A stretch of 63,104 nt of DNA, filler included, from 7 parts of 7 records of this genome joined end to end with filler, not necessarily neighbours in it; one strand, 5' to 3'; shown: positions 31,890-42,044, counted from the whole stretch's first letter. Numbers and translations are program-made. The notes: generated by a model not told the origin, from the letters alone.

Positions 31890-33576
31890 CTTGATTCTCC
31901 GGCCACGTTGTTTCGACCAAGCGCGTGCCGATCACATCGTCCATCTCACCTTTGGAAATCTGCAATCTGTCCATCGCGAAGGTTCCCGTCCGAGCATGCA
32001 TATCTCGGAACTTGGGGACGTAAGTGGGATCGACTTCGACCGAGGCGACCAGCGTGCTGTCTCTTCGCGCGGCGGTCGCGGTCTCTACGTTTTGACCTCG
32101 TGAACGAATCCGAACGCCCTGTTTGAATACATCTCGCGGAGTACGGAACATGGTTTCGATGTTGGCGTTTTCTTCGTACACGACCACATCGGCCACGCAT
32201 CCCGGTTGCAATCGACCTCGATCAGATAGTCCCAGAATCGATGCGGGGGCGGACCGAGTCATCACGGCGATGTCGTCGAGCGAATATTCGCGATCGATGC
32301 CGGCGAGTGAGCTGGCGGCTGCCGCGTCGGAATGAATTTCGGAGAGCGCTGTTTCTCGCAGCGAGCGATCGGTGAGCAAGGCGATCAGGTGCGGGTAAGC
32401 CGTGAAAGGACCACCGTTGGGATGGTCGGTCGTCAGGAAAACTCGTGACGGGTTGTCGACCATCAAGAACAACTCCAATCCGATCGCCCATTGCAAACTG
32501 TGCACAAATTCGCGACGTGCGTATTTGAATGGAACCACGCCGCAGCCAGCTTCGCATTCGATGTCCAGCAACACTGACTTGCGAGGTTTCGCGAGGTTGC
32601 GATTGTCGAATTGATGCATTGCGTCCGCACTGATCGTGACGGTTTGGCCAAACTGAATTTGTCCAACGTCCAATGTCACATTGGGGTTGGCTTTCAGAGC
32701 ATCGGCCAACTTCGCCGCCGAAGATGAAAACTTGTAGGGGCCTTCCGTTCCATAGCTGTGGAACTGAGCGTGGGTCAGATGGATGGGATAGCCATCGGCG
32801 GCTCGAATCGTCGCCAGCGTCGAATCGATATTGCCGGGCACACCCAAGTTACTGCAATGAACATGCAACGGATGTCGCAATCCAATTTCGGAAACCGCTC
32901 TGCACAGCACGCGAATGATTTGGCCGGGAGTGATCCCGTATTTCGGATGTTGGGTGTCCACATCCATTTCGCGTTCGTTGAATTTGAATGCGTTGATGCC
33001 GCCTGGGTTCACGACCTTGACCGCGATGCAGCGAGTCGCTTGAACCATCCAAGCCACATAAGCATTGATGACTTCTTGTGGTTCATCGTCGGCGATCAGT
33101 CGAAGCAACACGTCATCGTTGCCGAGCAAGCAGTATCCGCCGGTATCAAGTCCGCGAATGTCGGCCATCTCCGCGTGTGCGGATCGTGCGTTGCAGGGAA
33201 TCACAGCGGGCTCAAAGCATGTCGTGTAGCCCATGTCCAAGTAACGCGACGCCGTCACCGATGCTGACGGAAGAAACTCGCATGAGGCTGCGTCTTTGCC
33301 GTTGACGCGTGTGGCTTCTCGCCAGGGTGGCATTTGGTCGCCCAACAACATGCGAGCCAAGGTGATTTTGCCTCCGCCGATGTGCGTGTGCAAATCGATG
33401 CCACCCGCCATGGTGATGCATCCACTGCCATCGATCGTTTGATCGGCGACGGTTCCTTTTTCAGGAGCCTTGATGAGATAACCATCTCTCCACCAAAGAT
33501 CCGCGATCGTTCCGCCCGGTTTGGTTCCAGGAACCGACGGATCGATCAGCCGGCTTCCTTGAAGAACAGTGAGCAT
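31882..33576 (-). CDS. fhcA: Formyltransferase/hydrolase complex subunit A (FwdA-like)
   Basis: DLHTHIGG, KVVNPGG, HVHCSNLG.PGN, LQWAIGLE, TTDHPNGG; start reassigned to MLTVLQG. Confidence 0.93.
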   Translation of the reverse strand: MLTVLQGSRLIDPSVPGTKPGGTIADLWWRDGYLIKAPEKGTVADQTIDGSGCITMAGGIDLHTHIGGGKITLARMLLGDQMPPWREATRVNGKDAASCEFLPSASVTASRYLDMGYTTCFEPAVIPCNARSAHAEMADIRGLDTGGYCLLGNDDVLLRLIADDEPQEVINAYVAWMVQATRCIAVKVVNPGGINAFKFNEREMDVDTQHPKYGITPGQIIRVLCRAVSEIGLRHPLHVHCSNLGVPGNIDSTLATIRAADGYPIHLTHAQFHSYGTEGPYKFSSSAAKLADALKANPNVTLDVGQIQFGQTVTISADAMHQFDNRNLAKPRKSVLLDIECEAGCGVVPFKYARREFVHSLQWAIGLELFLMVDNPSRVFLTTDHPNGGPFTAYPHLIALLTDRSLRETALSEIHSDAAAASSLAGIDREYSLDDIAVMTRSAPASILGLSDRGRLQPGCVADVVVYEENANIETMFRTPRDVFKQGVRIRSRGQNVETATAARRDSTLVASVEVDPTYVPKFRDMHARTGTFAMDRLQISKGEMDDVIGTRLVETTWPENQDG

Positions 33577-33799
33577 GGTGAAAAACAAACGCGGGAAGTG
33601 GCGAGCGAATGGCGAAGGCTGCCAGAAATGAATGTTCGGCGGGGAATATACGCGAATTCCGATGTCCCTGGTACGATGCTCCCCCTGAACCTTGTGATCC
33701 ATGTTTCGCCATGGAGCGGTCCATTGCAGTCACGGTTGGTCTTCATCGACCATTTATTCTCGTTCTCATCCTCCTCGATCCAGTCTACTTGCGTGTCCC

Positions 33800-35143
33800 A
33801 TGAGTGAATTAATTATCAGCGTCAGCGGTCTTCGCGGCATCTTGGGTGAAACCCTGACACCCGAAGTCGCCGTGCGTTTCGCAGCCGCGTTTTCGGCATC
33901 AATGCCCGAAGGAAAAATTGTGATCGGACGCGACGGACGCACAACGGGACCGATGCTTCGCAGTGCCATCGTTTCCGCCCTGACCGCATCGGGACGCGAC
34001 GTGATCGACGCGGATGTCGCCGCGACTCCCACCATCGGCGTGCTGGTTCGTGAATTGGGAGCCGTCGGTGCCATCGCGATTTCGGCCAGCCACAACCCAC
34101 CGGAATACAACGGCATCAAGTTGTTTGGCGGCGACGGCCGAGTCCTTGACGCTGAATCGGGAGCCAAAATTCGCGACGCCTACTTTGCTGGAACGAACCA
34201 ATGGGCGACGTACGACAAAATTGGTCAGGTGGACTCGATCGAAGATCCCCATGCAGCTCACCTTGAAAAAGTGCTGGCGACGGTCGACGTCGATGCGATC
34301 AAGGCCAAGCAATTTCGTGTGCTGATCGACAGCAACCACGGTGCGGGTGGATTGCTCGGTGTGCGATTGCTCGAAGCGTTGGGGTGCACCGTCGAAGCGA
34401 TGGGCCACGAGCCGACAGGGAAATTCGCTCACACGCCCGAGCCGACGGCTGAGAATCTGCAGGGAATTTCTGCAGACGTGACCGGTCGCAAGTGCGTCGT
34501 TGGCTTTTGCCAAGATCCCGACGCGGATCGGTTGGCGCTGATTGACGAAACAGGCCGCTACATCGGCGAAGAATGCACGTTGGCGTTGTGTGTTAGGCAA
34601 GCGATGGAGACCGGTCGTACGTCGGGCCCAATTGTGATCAACGGAGCGACCAGTTCCATGAGTACCTTGATCGCAAAACAGCATGGCGTCGAGACATTTC
34701 GCAGTGCGGTGGGTGAGGCCAACGTGTGTGATTTGATGATTGCGAAGAAGGCGGCTTATGGTGGCGAAGGCAACGGGGGACCGATCGATCCGGCGGTGGG
34801 CTACGTTCGCGATAGCTTTGTTGGCATGGCTCAAACGTTGGCGCTCTTGGCACGAACCGGGAAACCTCTCAGCGAGTTGGCCGATGAATTGCCGCAGCTC
34901 AGCATTCACAAAAGCAAAGCGGGTGTTTCCGCTGAACAATTGCCGGCTGTCTTCGACAAGTTGGAAGCCAAGTTCACCGACGCGGAAGCGACGCGTGGTG
35001 ACGGAATGCGATTGCAATGGTCGGATCGTTGGTTGTTGGTTCGCGGCAGCAACACCGAACCGATTGTTCGGATGATCGCCGAAGCACCCACCGCGGACGA
35101 GGCCGCTTCTTTGTGCGACCAAGCCGCCGAGTTGTTGGGTTAA
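33800..35143 (+). CDS. Alpha-D-phosphohexomutase (phosphoglucosamine/phosphomannomutase)
   Basis: SVSGLRG, SASHNP, DPDADR, GEGNGG, R.SNTEP. Confidence 0.93.
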   Translation: MSELIISVSGLRGILGETLTPEVAVRFAAAFSASMPEGKIVIGRDGRTTGPMLRSAIVSALTASGRDVIDADVAATPTIGVLVRELGAVGAIAISASHNPPEYNGIKLFGGDGRVLDAESGAKIRDAYFAGTNQWATYDKIGQVDSIEDPHAAHLEKVLATVDVDAIKAKQFRVLIDSNHGAGGLLGVRLLEALGCTVEAMGHEPTGKFAHTPEPTAENLQGISADVTGRKCVVGFCQDPDADRLALIDETGRYIGEECTLALCVRQAMETGRTSGPIVINGATSSMSTLIAKQHGVETFRSAVGEANVCDLMIAKKAAYGGEGNGGPIDPAVGYVRDSFVGMAQTLALLARTGKPLSELADELPQLSIHKSKAGVSAEQLPAVFDKLEAKFTDAEATRGDGMRLQWSDRWLLVRGSNTEPIVRMIAEAPTADEAASLCDQAAELLG

Positions 35144-35149
35144 CTCGCC

Positions 35150-35171
35150 GTAGGCCAGGGTCCCACCTGGC
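35150..35171 (+). repeat. GTAG-headed REP-like hairpin
   Basis: GTAG-GCCAGG-GTCCCA-CCTGGC just after the stop codon, near the contig end. Confidence 0.6.
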
Positions 35172-35249
35172 GATGCTGGCGGGCCGTTACCTGATCGAAC
35201 TTGCGAGGGTTGGTTTGATTGACGCCTCGCTTTGTTCCAAAGCATCGGC

Positions 35250-35349
35250 NNNNNNNNNNNNNNNNNNNNNNNNNNNNNNNNNNNNNNNNNNNNTTAATTA
35301 ATTAANNNNNNNNNNNNNNNNNNNNNNNNNNNNNNNNNNNNNNNNNNNN
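35250..35349. other. Artificial contig spacer
   Basis: N44-TTAATTAATTAA-N44. Confidence 0.99.
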
Positions 35350-36342
35350 GACAATACGCTGGGAGCACATCTGAATGAAGCGTTGCTGATCCAGGATGAA
35401 ACCGGGATGATGAATATGTTTTATCCTCATGCTTCCAGTGAAGCCTTTCTCGACCGTATCGGTGATCTGTTTCAGAATGATCGTGAGCAACTTCTCCGCA
35501 TCTTAAGATATGGGCTCGGGATTTATGCACAGGGACCACCTGTGATTGAACAGGGACTGAGCGGATTTGAGAATCTAGCCGAACTCGAAGACCTGTTCGC
35601 TGATATTGCCCAGCATACCACGGTATTCCCTGCCTGGGTTCTCATCTACATTGAAGCACATCAGATCGATGACCCTGAAGTGCGGTCTCTGGCAGAGCAG
35701 ATTCGCTCTCATTCTCTGTATCCGGTGATCGAACGAAACATCCTGCAGCCTCTGGCGTCTCAGACTGCAGAGAATCTTGGTTTTTCTGAACCGGATCGCG
35801 CCTGTGAGTTGTTTTTGTGGAGTGAGTTGAAAGCAGGAATTGTGACACGCGAACTGCTGGAATCCCGCAATGAAGCAATCAGGGAGGGCAAGCGGTTTAT
35901 TTTCCAGGTCATGGATGGTGAGGAAACATTTCACCTGGTATCTCAGACCGGATATTTACTGACTCGGCTGGCGAAGCAGCGGAAACGTCAGTCCCGCTCG
36001 AATGAAAATGAGCTGACAGGTCAAGTCGCGTGGCCGGGAATTTTTCAGGGGCGGGCGCGGGTAGTGTTAAGCCTGGATGCGTTAGGACTGACTATCTCGC
36101 CTGATGAGGTTCTGGTTTCCATTCAGTCCAATCCGGCATTGATGCCTTTACTGCAACAGTGTGGTGCGATTGTGACCGATGATGGTGGCATTGCCTGTCA
36201 CGCTGCAATTCTGGCGCGGGAGTTGAAAAAACCAACCTTGATTGGTACGAGAGAAGCAACTCTTAAAATCCAGACCGGCGACTTGATCGAAATCGACACT
36301 TACGCTGAGGTCGTGCGAATTCTGGAGAAGAAGCAGTCGTAA
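35350..36342 (+). CDS. Protein with C-terminal PEP-utilising phosphohistidine swivel domain (5' truncated)
   Basis: L.G..A.PG...GRARVV, AIVTDDGGIACHAAILARE; frame open to the contig edge. Confidence 0.85.
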   Translation, partial: DNTLGAHLNEALLIQDETGMMNMFYPHASSEAFLDRIGDLFQNDREQLLRILRYGLGIYAQGPPVIEQGLSGFENLAELEDLFADIAQHTTVFPAWVLIYIEAHQIDDPEVRSLAEQIRSHSLYPVIERNILQPLASQTAENLGFSEPDRACELFLWSELKAGIVTRELLESRNEAIREGKRFIFQVMDGEETFHLVSQTGYLLTRLAKQRKRQSRSNENELTGQVAWPGIFQGRARVVLSLDALGLTISPDEVLVSIQSNPALMPLLQQCGAIVTDDGGIACHAAILARELKKPTLIGTREATLKIQTGDLIEIDTYAEVVRILEKKQS

Positions 36343-36343
36343 T

Positions 36344-36380
36344 AAAAAAGCACTGATACCAGTCAGGCATCAGTGCTTTT
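36344..36380. terminator. Bidirectional intrinsic terminator
   Basis: AAAAAAGCACTGAT..ATCAGTGCTTTT between the convergent CDS and tRNA. Confidence 0.8.
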
Positions 36381-36384
36381 CATA

Positions 36385-36466
36385 TGGGGATGACAGGACT
36401 TGAACCTGCACGCCTTGCGGCACTAGATCCTAAATCTAGCGTGTCTGCCAATTCCACCACATCCCC
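36385..36466 (-). tRNA. tRNA-Leu(TAG)
   Basis: GGGGATG/CATCCCC acceptor stem, D-loop GGAATTGGCAGAC, anticodon arm CTAGA-TTTAGGA-TCTAG, long variable arm, GGTTCAAGTCC T-arm; CCA not encoded. Confidence 0.96.
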
Positions 36467-36607
36467 GGATGGAGTTACTTTCAGTGGGAATACTAACGGT
36501 TTCCGGTAGTTGATACAAATCGCAGGTGAGAAAAAAGTCTGACTTTCAGCGGGATTCCCGAAGATTTCTTCATTCGCTCCCACTGAGTTTGAGATAGATT
36601 GTACGCG

Positions 36608-37135
36608 TTATTCCGTTGAGGAATCCGTCTCAGATGATTCCTGTTCCTCTTCCTGCTCCAGCTTGGAAATCTGATCGCGTAGCGAGGCGGCGGCTTCGTA
36701 ATTTTCTTCCGCCACCGCAGCCGTCAACTCCCTGCGAAGCTTGATCAGATTGTACTGCTGTTGACTGGAAGTTGGTGCCCGCTTGGGAAATTTGCCGATA
36801 TGTTCACAGGCACCATGGATATTTTCCAGAAGCTGAATCAGGGGCTCGCGGAACGCGATGTAGTCATGTGGACAGCCCAGCCGCCCTTCACTGCGAAATT
36901 CCTGGAACGTGATCCCGCAATTCGGGCATTCCAGTTCCTCATCCAGATCCAGGTCCTGTGAATTCAGTTCAATCAGAGTCGCTTCATCCTGAGGTTCCCA
37001 CTCATCAGAGGGGGCCTGGCCGCTGATATATTCCTGGAAATGTTCTTCACAGAAATGGAGTGCCTGCGCCTGGCCGTTTTGAATTTCGGTCAGGTGGTAG
37101 ACGGCGGGTTTGTTACAGACTCTACATTTTTTCAT
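36608..37135 (-). CDS. mcsA: McsA-like protein (CxxC Zn motifs plus UvrB/UvrC motif)
   Basis: CRVC, HFCEEH, CPNCG.TF..FR..GRLGCPHDY, H.GK.P, ENYE.AA.LRDQI. Confidence 0.85.
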   Translation of the reverse strand: MKKCRVCNKPAVYHLTEIQNGQAQALHFCEEHFQEYISGQAPSDEWEPQDEATLIELNSQDLDLDEELECPNCGITFQEFRSEGRLGCPHDYIAFREPLIQLLENIHGACEHIGKFPKRAPTSSQQQYNLIKLRRELTAAVAEENYEAAASLRDQISKLEQEEEQESSETDSSTE

Positions 37136-37252
37136 GGTCGAAACTTTTTGGATAATGGACTGATAAGGTTTTCCTGAACAGGAAACATACCACCTCTACT
37201 CTGATTCTATACGAACCGTTAGCGGGGCTCAATCGCGATTCCCAATTTGATT

Positions 37253-37636
37253 TCAATCCGGATGAGCGGACGGCGATTCGCCGATGTCGATGATGCTGCA
37301 GGCCTGGATGATATTCAAACCGAGTTCGCTGGCCCGTTTGAGTAACTCAGGACTTTCGCTGCCTGGATTGAACCAGACTTCGTCGGCTCCTCTCGCCTGG
37401 ATTTCTTCCAGTAAGCCAATCCCGATCTGTGGTGGAACATACACACTGATCCGATTCAGGTGAGTAACAGGCACCTCTGCCAGACTGCGGTAGACAGTCA
37501 AACCTTCAATGCTCGTTTCGCTTGGGTGAACCGGGAAGACTTCGTATCCCTGTTTGAGGTGAGCGCGGACCGACTTGTTTCCGTATTTCTGTCGGTCCGT
37601 ACTGGCACCAATAATGGCGACTGTCTGCTTTGACAT
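37253..37636 (-). CDS. CoA-binding protein (YccU-like)
   Basis: VAIIGAS....KYGN, PVHP, VWFNPG, C-terminal AC. Confidence 0.9.
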   Translation of the reverse strand: MSKQTVAIIGASTDRQKYGNKSVRAHLKQGYEVFPVHPSETSIEGLTVYRSLAEVPVTHLNRISVYVPPQIGIGLLEEIQARGADEVWFNPGSESPELLKRASELGLNIIQACSIIDIGESPSAHPD

Positions 37637-37638
37637 GC

Positions 37639-38631
37639 CTAGTCCTGTTTTTTCAAAGTAGAGACAAATTCGTCGTAATGTTTCTGGACCTCTGCCTGCG
37701 TCGGAGTTTTTCCCTCGCTGACAATCACCCGGTACTTCATTTCCAATGGTTTGCTTTCATCGAACTTTGTGTCGAAGAAGGCGCCAAAACGACCATAGGG
37801 ACGTTCCGAATAACGTGATGGTTTGGGGACGCTGGGATCTTCCAGATATTCCACGTTATAGCGTTTCCCGTCGATTTCATAGGACATGGCAAACCAGCCC
37901 AGGTTGATGTGACCATTGGGATCCGTTTTGTCAGAGACCTGAAACGCAGTGGGCTGCTGCGGGAATCCTTCGGGACGTACATACGTGGCATTGTTGGATT
38001 CTGCGACATCTTGTGCTGCCCGGTACTGGAATCCGGCATGCTGGCGGTCTCCGTCCAGAACAATTTCGCCTCGCTTGCTTTCCAGTTGCGTCTGCCAGTC
38101 GATTTGCCAGGCAGGGAGTTCCGAGTTAGCGACTTCAATCGGAGTGACGGTTACTTTGCGAGTCTCAATGATCACAGGATTTCCCTGGGCGTCTTCCCAG
38201 CGGATTTCGGAAGTCATCGTGCCCTGTTCCGGTCCACCTTTCATTTCCAGCATTTTTTCATGACGCAGATGCGCGCCATTTTTGCAGTGCCAGAAATCCA
38301 GTTCTGTGCCTTCGAACTTGGTTTTATTCCAGCCGACGTATAAGCCACGGTGGTGTGTGTATTTTCCACCAGGTCCTTTGGTGATGATTTTTTTGCTGCC
38401 TGGGCCGTAGACATGGTGAAAAACCTTGTATGTATCGTGAAAACTCTCTTTCGATGAATCGTCATAGGGATAGACATACTGCAGGACAGGTTTTCCATTG
38501 TAGTACAGATCGGCCACTTTTTTTTCCGGCTGATCCTTCCAGGTGAATCCCGATTTTTCACTGGCATGAACGCCTGCAGAAACAGTTAAACTTGCCAGTA
38601 GAACGAGGGAGGTTGCGATAAGACGCTTCAT
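37639..38631 (-). CDS. Secreted PmoA-like/DUF6807 family protein
   Basis: Signal peptide, K.FHHVY, HHRGLYVGW, HAGFQYR, R.YGRFG. Confidence 0.7.
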   Translation of the reverse strand: MKRLIATSLVLLASLTVSAGVHASEKSGFTWKDQPEKKVADLYYNGKPVLQYVYPYDDSSKESFHDTYKVFHHVYGPGSKKIITKGPGGKYTHHRGLYVGWNKTKFEGTELDFWHCKNGAHLRHEKMLEMKGGPEQGTMTSEIRWEDAQGNPVIIETRKVTVTPIEVANSELPAWQIDWQTQLESKRGEIVLDGDRQHAGFQYRAAQDVAESNNATYVRPEGFPQQPTAFQVSDKTDPNGHINLGWFAMSYEIDGKRYNVEYLEDPSVPKPSRYSERPYGRFGAFFDTKFDESKPLEMKYRVIVSEGKTPTQAEVQKHYDEFVSTLKKQD

Positions 38632-38689
38632 AGCAGTTTCCGTGAATATAAATGATGGGTGAGGTCTTGAGCCTAGATGGATGATTCGT

Positions 38690-38724
38690 AAAAAATCCCG
38701 TATTCCAGTCAGGAATACGGGATT
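38690..38724 (-). terminator. Intrinsic terminator after the oxidoreductase
   Basis: AATCCCGTATTCC-AGTCA-GGAATACGGGATT 13-bp stem with a T-run on the minus strand. Confidence 0.8.
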
Positions 38725-38744
38725 GGGAGAGTCCGATTCAGTGA

Positions 38745-39979
38745 TTAACCAGCGTTGGAATCAGGATTGTTTTTCGGGGGTTTCCCGTCGACCCAGGGAC
38801 CTGCGAGAGTCATGTAGCTGGGCTCTTCCAGCACACTTCCTTTATCGCCGGCTTTCCAGCCTGAAATGTGTTTGGGTTTCTGCCGTGCTTCTGACATGGC
38901 TTCCCATTTTTTCGACCAGCTGCCATCGCCTTCTGTAATGGCATGGGAATCGGCATCGAAGTGGTACACTTTACCATTGCGATAGCTGTTGGATCCCATG
39001 TTGACAACGGCGATTGCTGCCGCACCCAGATCAGGCGGGTTGTTACACTTGCTTTGATCGTTGGCCTGCATTGCTTCGACCCAGTTCTTGAAGTGAGCGT
39101 AGGTCGTGTCTTTGATCGGAGTGACATCGATTCGTTGTTGTTTCAGAGAACTGTCACGGGTGACCTGTGGTCGTTCGGGAATGAAATCATACCCGTCGAA
39201 CCCTTCGCCATTACCAAAGACAAACGAACCATTATGCCCGCGGATGATCTGTTTGATGCGGGTTTCCTGGTTACACATGGTGGCATTGACCAGTCCCTGG
39301 ACCCCTTCATTGAAGTCAGCGGCAACAGTTGCCACGTCGGGAACATCGCGGCCATCATATTCCAGATACAGACCCCCTGCTCCGACAACGCGACCGGGAT
39401 AACGCAGGCCGGTTGCTTTGAGCATAGCTGTAGTTCTGTGGACGAACAGGTCGGTAAACATGCCGGAACCGAAGGGCCAGAATCGACGCCACTGTGCGTA
39501 GACGGCACGGTCGAAAGGCTGGTATTCGGCCAGACCTTCTTTGGTCCCGAGCCAGAGGTTCCAGTCGATGTTTTGTGGATTCATCTCTTTTTTCAGAGCA
39601 TAGTATCTCCACTGACCCATGGAAGAGTTGCGGAAGTATTCAGTCTGGAACTGAAGTACTTTCCCCAATTGTCCATCCTGCAGACGGGCTCGCACGTCAT
39701 CCCAGACAGGGAGGCTGGTGGACTGCACACCGACCTGCATGATTTTGCCGGTCTTCTTCCAGGTTTCGACGACTTCCAGAGCCTCTTCGACTTTCTTGGT
39801 CATTGGCTTTTCACAGTAGACGTTCAGACCAGCGTTCATCGAGTCGATGGTCTGCTTGGCATGCCAGTGGTCGGGAGTTCCGATACAGACGGCGTCCAGC
39901 TTTTCTTTTTCAAGCATGTCGCGGTAATCGACGTAGGATGCCACGTCATTTCCCAGCTCTTTTTTGATATAACTGGCAG
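38745..39979 (-). CDS. Gfo/Idh/MocA family oxidoreductase (5' truncated)
   Basis: DAV.IGTPDHWH, YCEKP, QVGVQ, WRRFW, DLFVH. Confidence 0.92.
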
Positions 39980-40079
39980 NNNNNNNNNNNNNNNNNNNNN
40001 NNNNNNNNNNNNNNNNNNNNNNNTTAATTAATTAANNNNNNNNNNNNNNNNNNNNNNNNNNNNNNNNNNNNNNNNNNNN
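39980..40079. other. Artificial contig spacer
   Basis: N44-TTAATTAATTAA-N44. Confidence 0.99.
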
Positions 40080-40282
40080 GCCGACTGAGGGCCTCAGTCG
40101 GCTACAGGGTGCTGGTCGAGGGGTGCTGCGAGTTTGTTGATGGTTGCAGCGGGTTTGGCGGGCATCGCAAGGCGTTGACTTGATTGGCGACCGGCCTGAA
40201 CTGCCAATTGAGGTGGTCTGTCTATTCGGGCGGGGTTCCGCACCACGAGCAACCAAGTAGCCGACAGAGGCCCTCTGTCGGC
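40080..40282. repeat. Two GTAG-REP hairpins (40080-40105 on -, 40257-40282 on +)
   Basis: GTAGCCGACTGAGGCCCTCAGTCGGC and GTAGCCGACAGAGGCCCTCTGTCGGC, with a compensatory T-A/A-T change in the stem. Confidence 0.8.
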
Positions 40283-40401
40283 ATTAGCGGGCCAGCCATG
40301 TCGCAACATGCGCGAAGTAACCATCGATTCAACCCGAGTCAGTAGGGGCGTATTCGGGAAATCGCTTGATACGGCGTCACTGAGTTGGGCGGCATGGCCG
40401 A

Positions 40402-41898
40402 TCAGTCTTTTTCGGTGGGTGGGAACCGTTTGCGTTGTTCGCTGGGGACTGGTTTGCCGCTTTTGAGGTTCCACCATTCGTGAGCACGCTCGGGATCGTA
40501 ACTCGGGTTCGGAATTGGAGTTCGTGCGAGTACGCTGCTACGCCAGGTTGTCAGCTTGCGTTTCAGATCGCTGGCCCGGCCCTGCTTTTCGGAGGCCAGG
40601 TTCTTCGTTTCGCCCAGGTCATCTGCCAAATTGTAGAGTTCAACGTCGCCGGTTCCGTCCAAGTACTCGATCAGCTTCCAATCTCGTTCCCGAATGGCAC
40701 TGGCGGGACGGTCGTGGTGATAGTGGGGGTAGTGCCAATGCAACGCGTCGCGGTCGAGCGTTTGGGTTGGGGCCGTCATCAGTGGCAGTAGGCTGTGACC
40801 GTCGATGGTTTGATTGATCGGCAATTCGCCTCCGGCCATCTCGACGAACGTTGGGTAGAAGTCATGGCTGATCGTTGGCTCGTCACACACGCTCGCTGAT
40901 TTCACCGTCGCTGGATGGCGGATGATCAACGGAACGCGAATGCCGCCTTCGTGAAGCGAACCTTTTTCACCTTTGAGTGGTGCTTGACTGCTGACCAAGT
41001 CGTCGGCTGATTCGCGGTAGTCGTATCGTTTGTAAAGACCGCCATTGTCGGATGTGAAGACGATCATCGTGTCGTCGGCAATGTCGAGTTGTTCCAGTGA
41101 ATCAACCAATCGACCGACCATGTCATCGCAATGTTCGATCATGGCCGCGTAGACCGGATGAGGCAGCGAGTTGCCGGTTTGCTTTGCCATCGCCTCGTAC
41201 TTTTGAACCTTCTCTGACATCGCGCCCAACGGAATGTGAACCGCAAAGGGGGACAGCATCAAGAAGAACGGTTGGTCTTTGTTTTGACGCATGAAGTCGA
41301 TGCACAGATCGGCTTCGAAATCCGTTCGATACTGGTTCGGTTTGGGCTTCAGGTCCGATTGCCCTTGAACCCGATAACGACCCGGAAGGTGTGGGCCGCC
41401 GATGACGGCGCTGAAGTCGTAGCCTTGCCGATCGGGTTGAAATTCGGGGCCATTGCCGAGATGCCACTTGCCGACGTAGCCGGTCGTGTAACCAGATGCT
41501 TTCAATGATTCGGCTATGGTGACCGTGTCCAGAGGCAAGGCCATGGTGGTTTGCGGCGTGATGACTCGTTCAAACGGGCGCCAGTGACCGGGGATGTGTG
41601 CGGTGATGCCGATACGAGCTTGGTTCTGGCCCGATTGGAGGGCGCATCGAGTGGGTGAGCACACAGCGCCCGATGCGTAGAAGTTGGTGAACCGCAATCC
41701 TTCGGCGGCGAGTTGATCGATGCGTGGCGTCTCAACAAAGTCGTTGCCGTAGCAGCCGATATCCTTCCAGCCTAGATCGTCGATGAAGATCAAAAGGATG
41801 TTGGGTTGGTCGGCTCGCGATTGAGCCGGGGAGCAGCAGAAGATCATCGCGATTGCAATCGCGATTGGACTGACTCGATTTATCACGGCAATTTCCAT
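40402..41898 (-). CDS. Secreted sulfatase (family S1)
   Basis: PNILLIFIDDLG, CSPTR, GKWHLG, SDNGG, WHYPHY. Confidence 0.95.
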   Translation of the reverse strand: MEIAVINRVSPIAIAIAMIFCCSPAQSRADQPNILLIFIDDLGWKDIGCYGNDFVETPRIDQLAAEGLRFTNFYASGAVCSPTRCALQSGQNQARIGITAHIPGHWRPFERVITPQTTMALPLDTVTIAESLKASGYTTGYVGKWHLGNGPEFQPDRQGYDFSAVIGGPHLPGRYRVQGQSDLKPKPNQYRTDFEADLCIDFMRQNKDQPFFLMLSPFAVHIPLGAMSEKVQKYEAMAKQTGNSLPHPVYAAMIEHCDDMVGRLVDSLEQLDIADDTMIVFTSDNGGLYKRYDYRESADDLVSSQAPLKGEKGSLHEGGIRVPLIIRHPATVKSASVCDEPTISHDFYPTFVEMAGGELPINQTIDGHSLLPLMTAPTQTLDRDALHWHYPHYHHDRPASAIRERDWKLIEYLDGTGDVELYNLADDLGETKNLASEKQGRASDLKRKLTTWRSSVLARTPIPNPSYDPERAHEWWNLKSGKPVPSEQRKRFPPTEKD

Positions 41899-41967
41899 GA
41901 GGTGGGGATGGAAGGTGGGACGTCGGATGATAGTCGATTGAGTTCGGCCGATTGCGGTATAGACACG

Positions 41968-42002
41968 AAAAAACTCCCTTCCGATGAATCGAAAGGGAGT
42001 TC
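41968..42002 (-). terminator. Intrinsic terminator after secDF
   Basis: AAAAAACTCCCTTCCGAT..ATCGAAAGGGAGTT hairpin with a minus-strand T-tract. Confidence 0.7.
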
Positions 42003-42044
42003 GTGTGAGCTAACTGATCGTCGCGGATGGTCCGCGGCGGTTGA

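Noticed and set aside
36380-36583. 67-aa ORF
   Set aside because: It overlaps tRNA-Leu and is a translation of the tRNA.
40080-40282. Palindromic repeats as a CRISPR array
   Set aside because: Only two copies, in opposite orientation, with no regular spacers and no cas genes. They fit REP elements. No CRISPR array was seen anywhere in the window.
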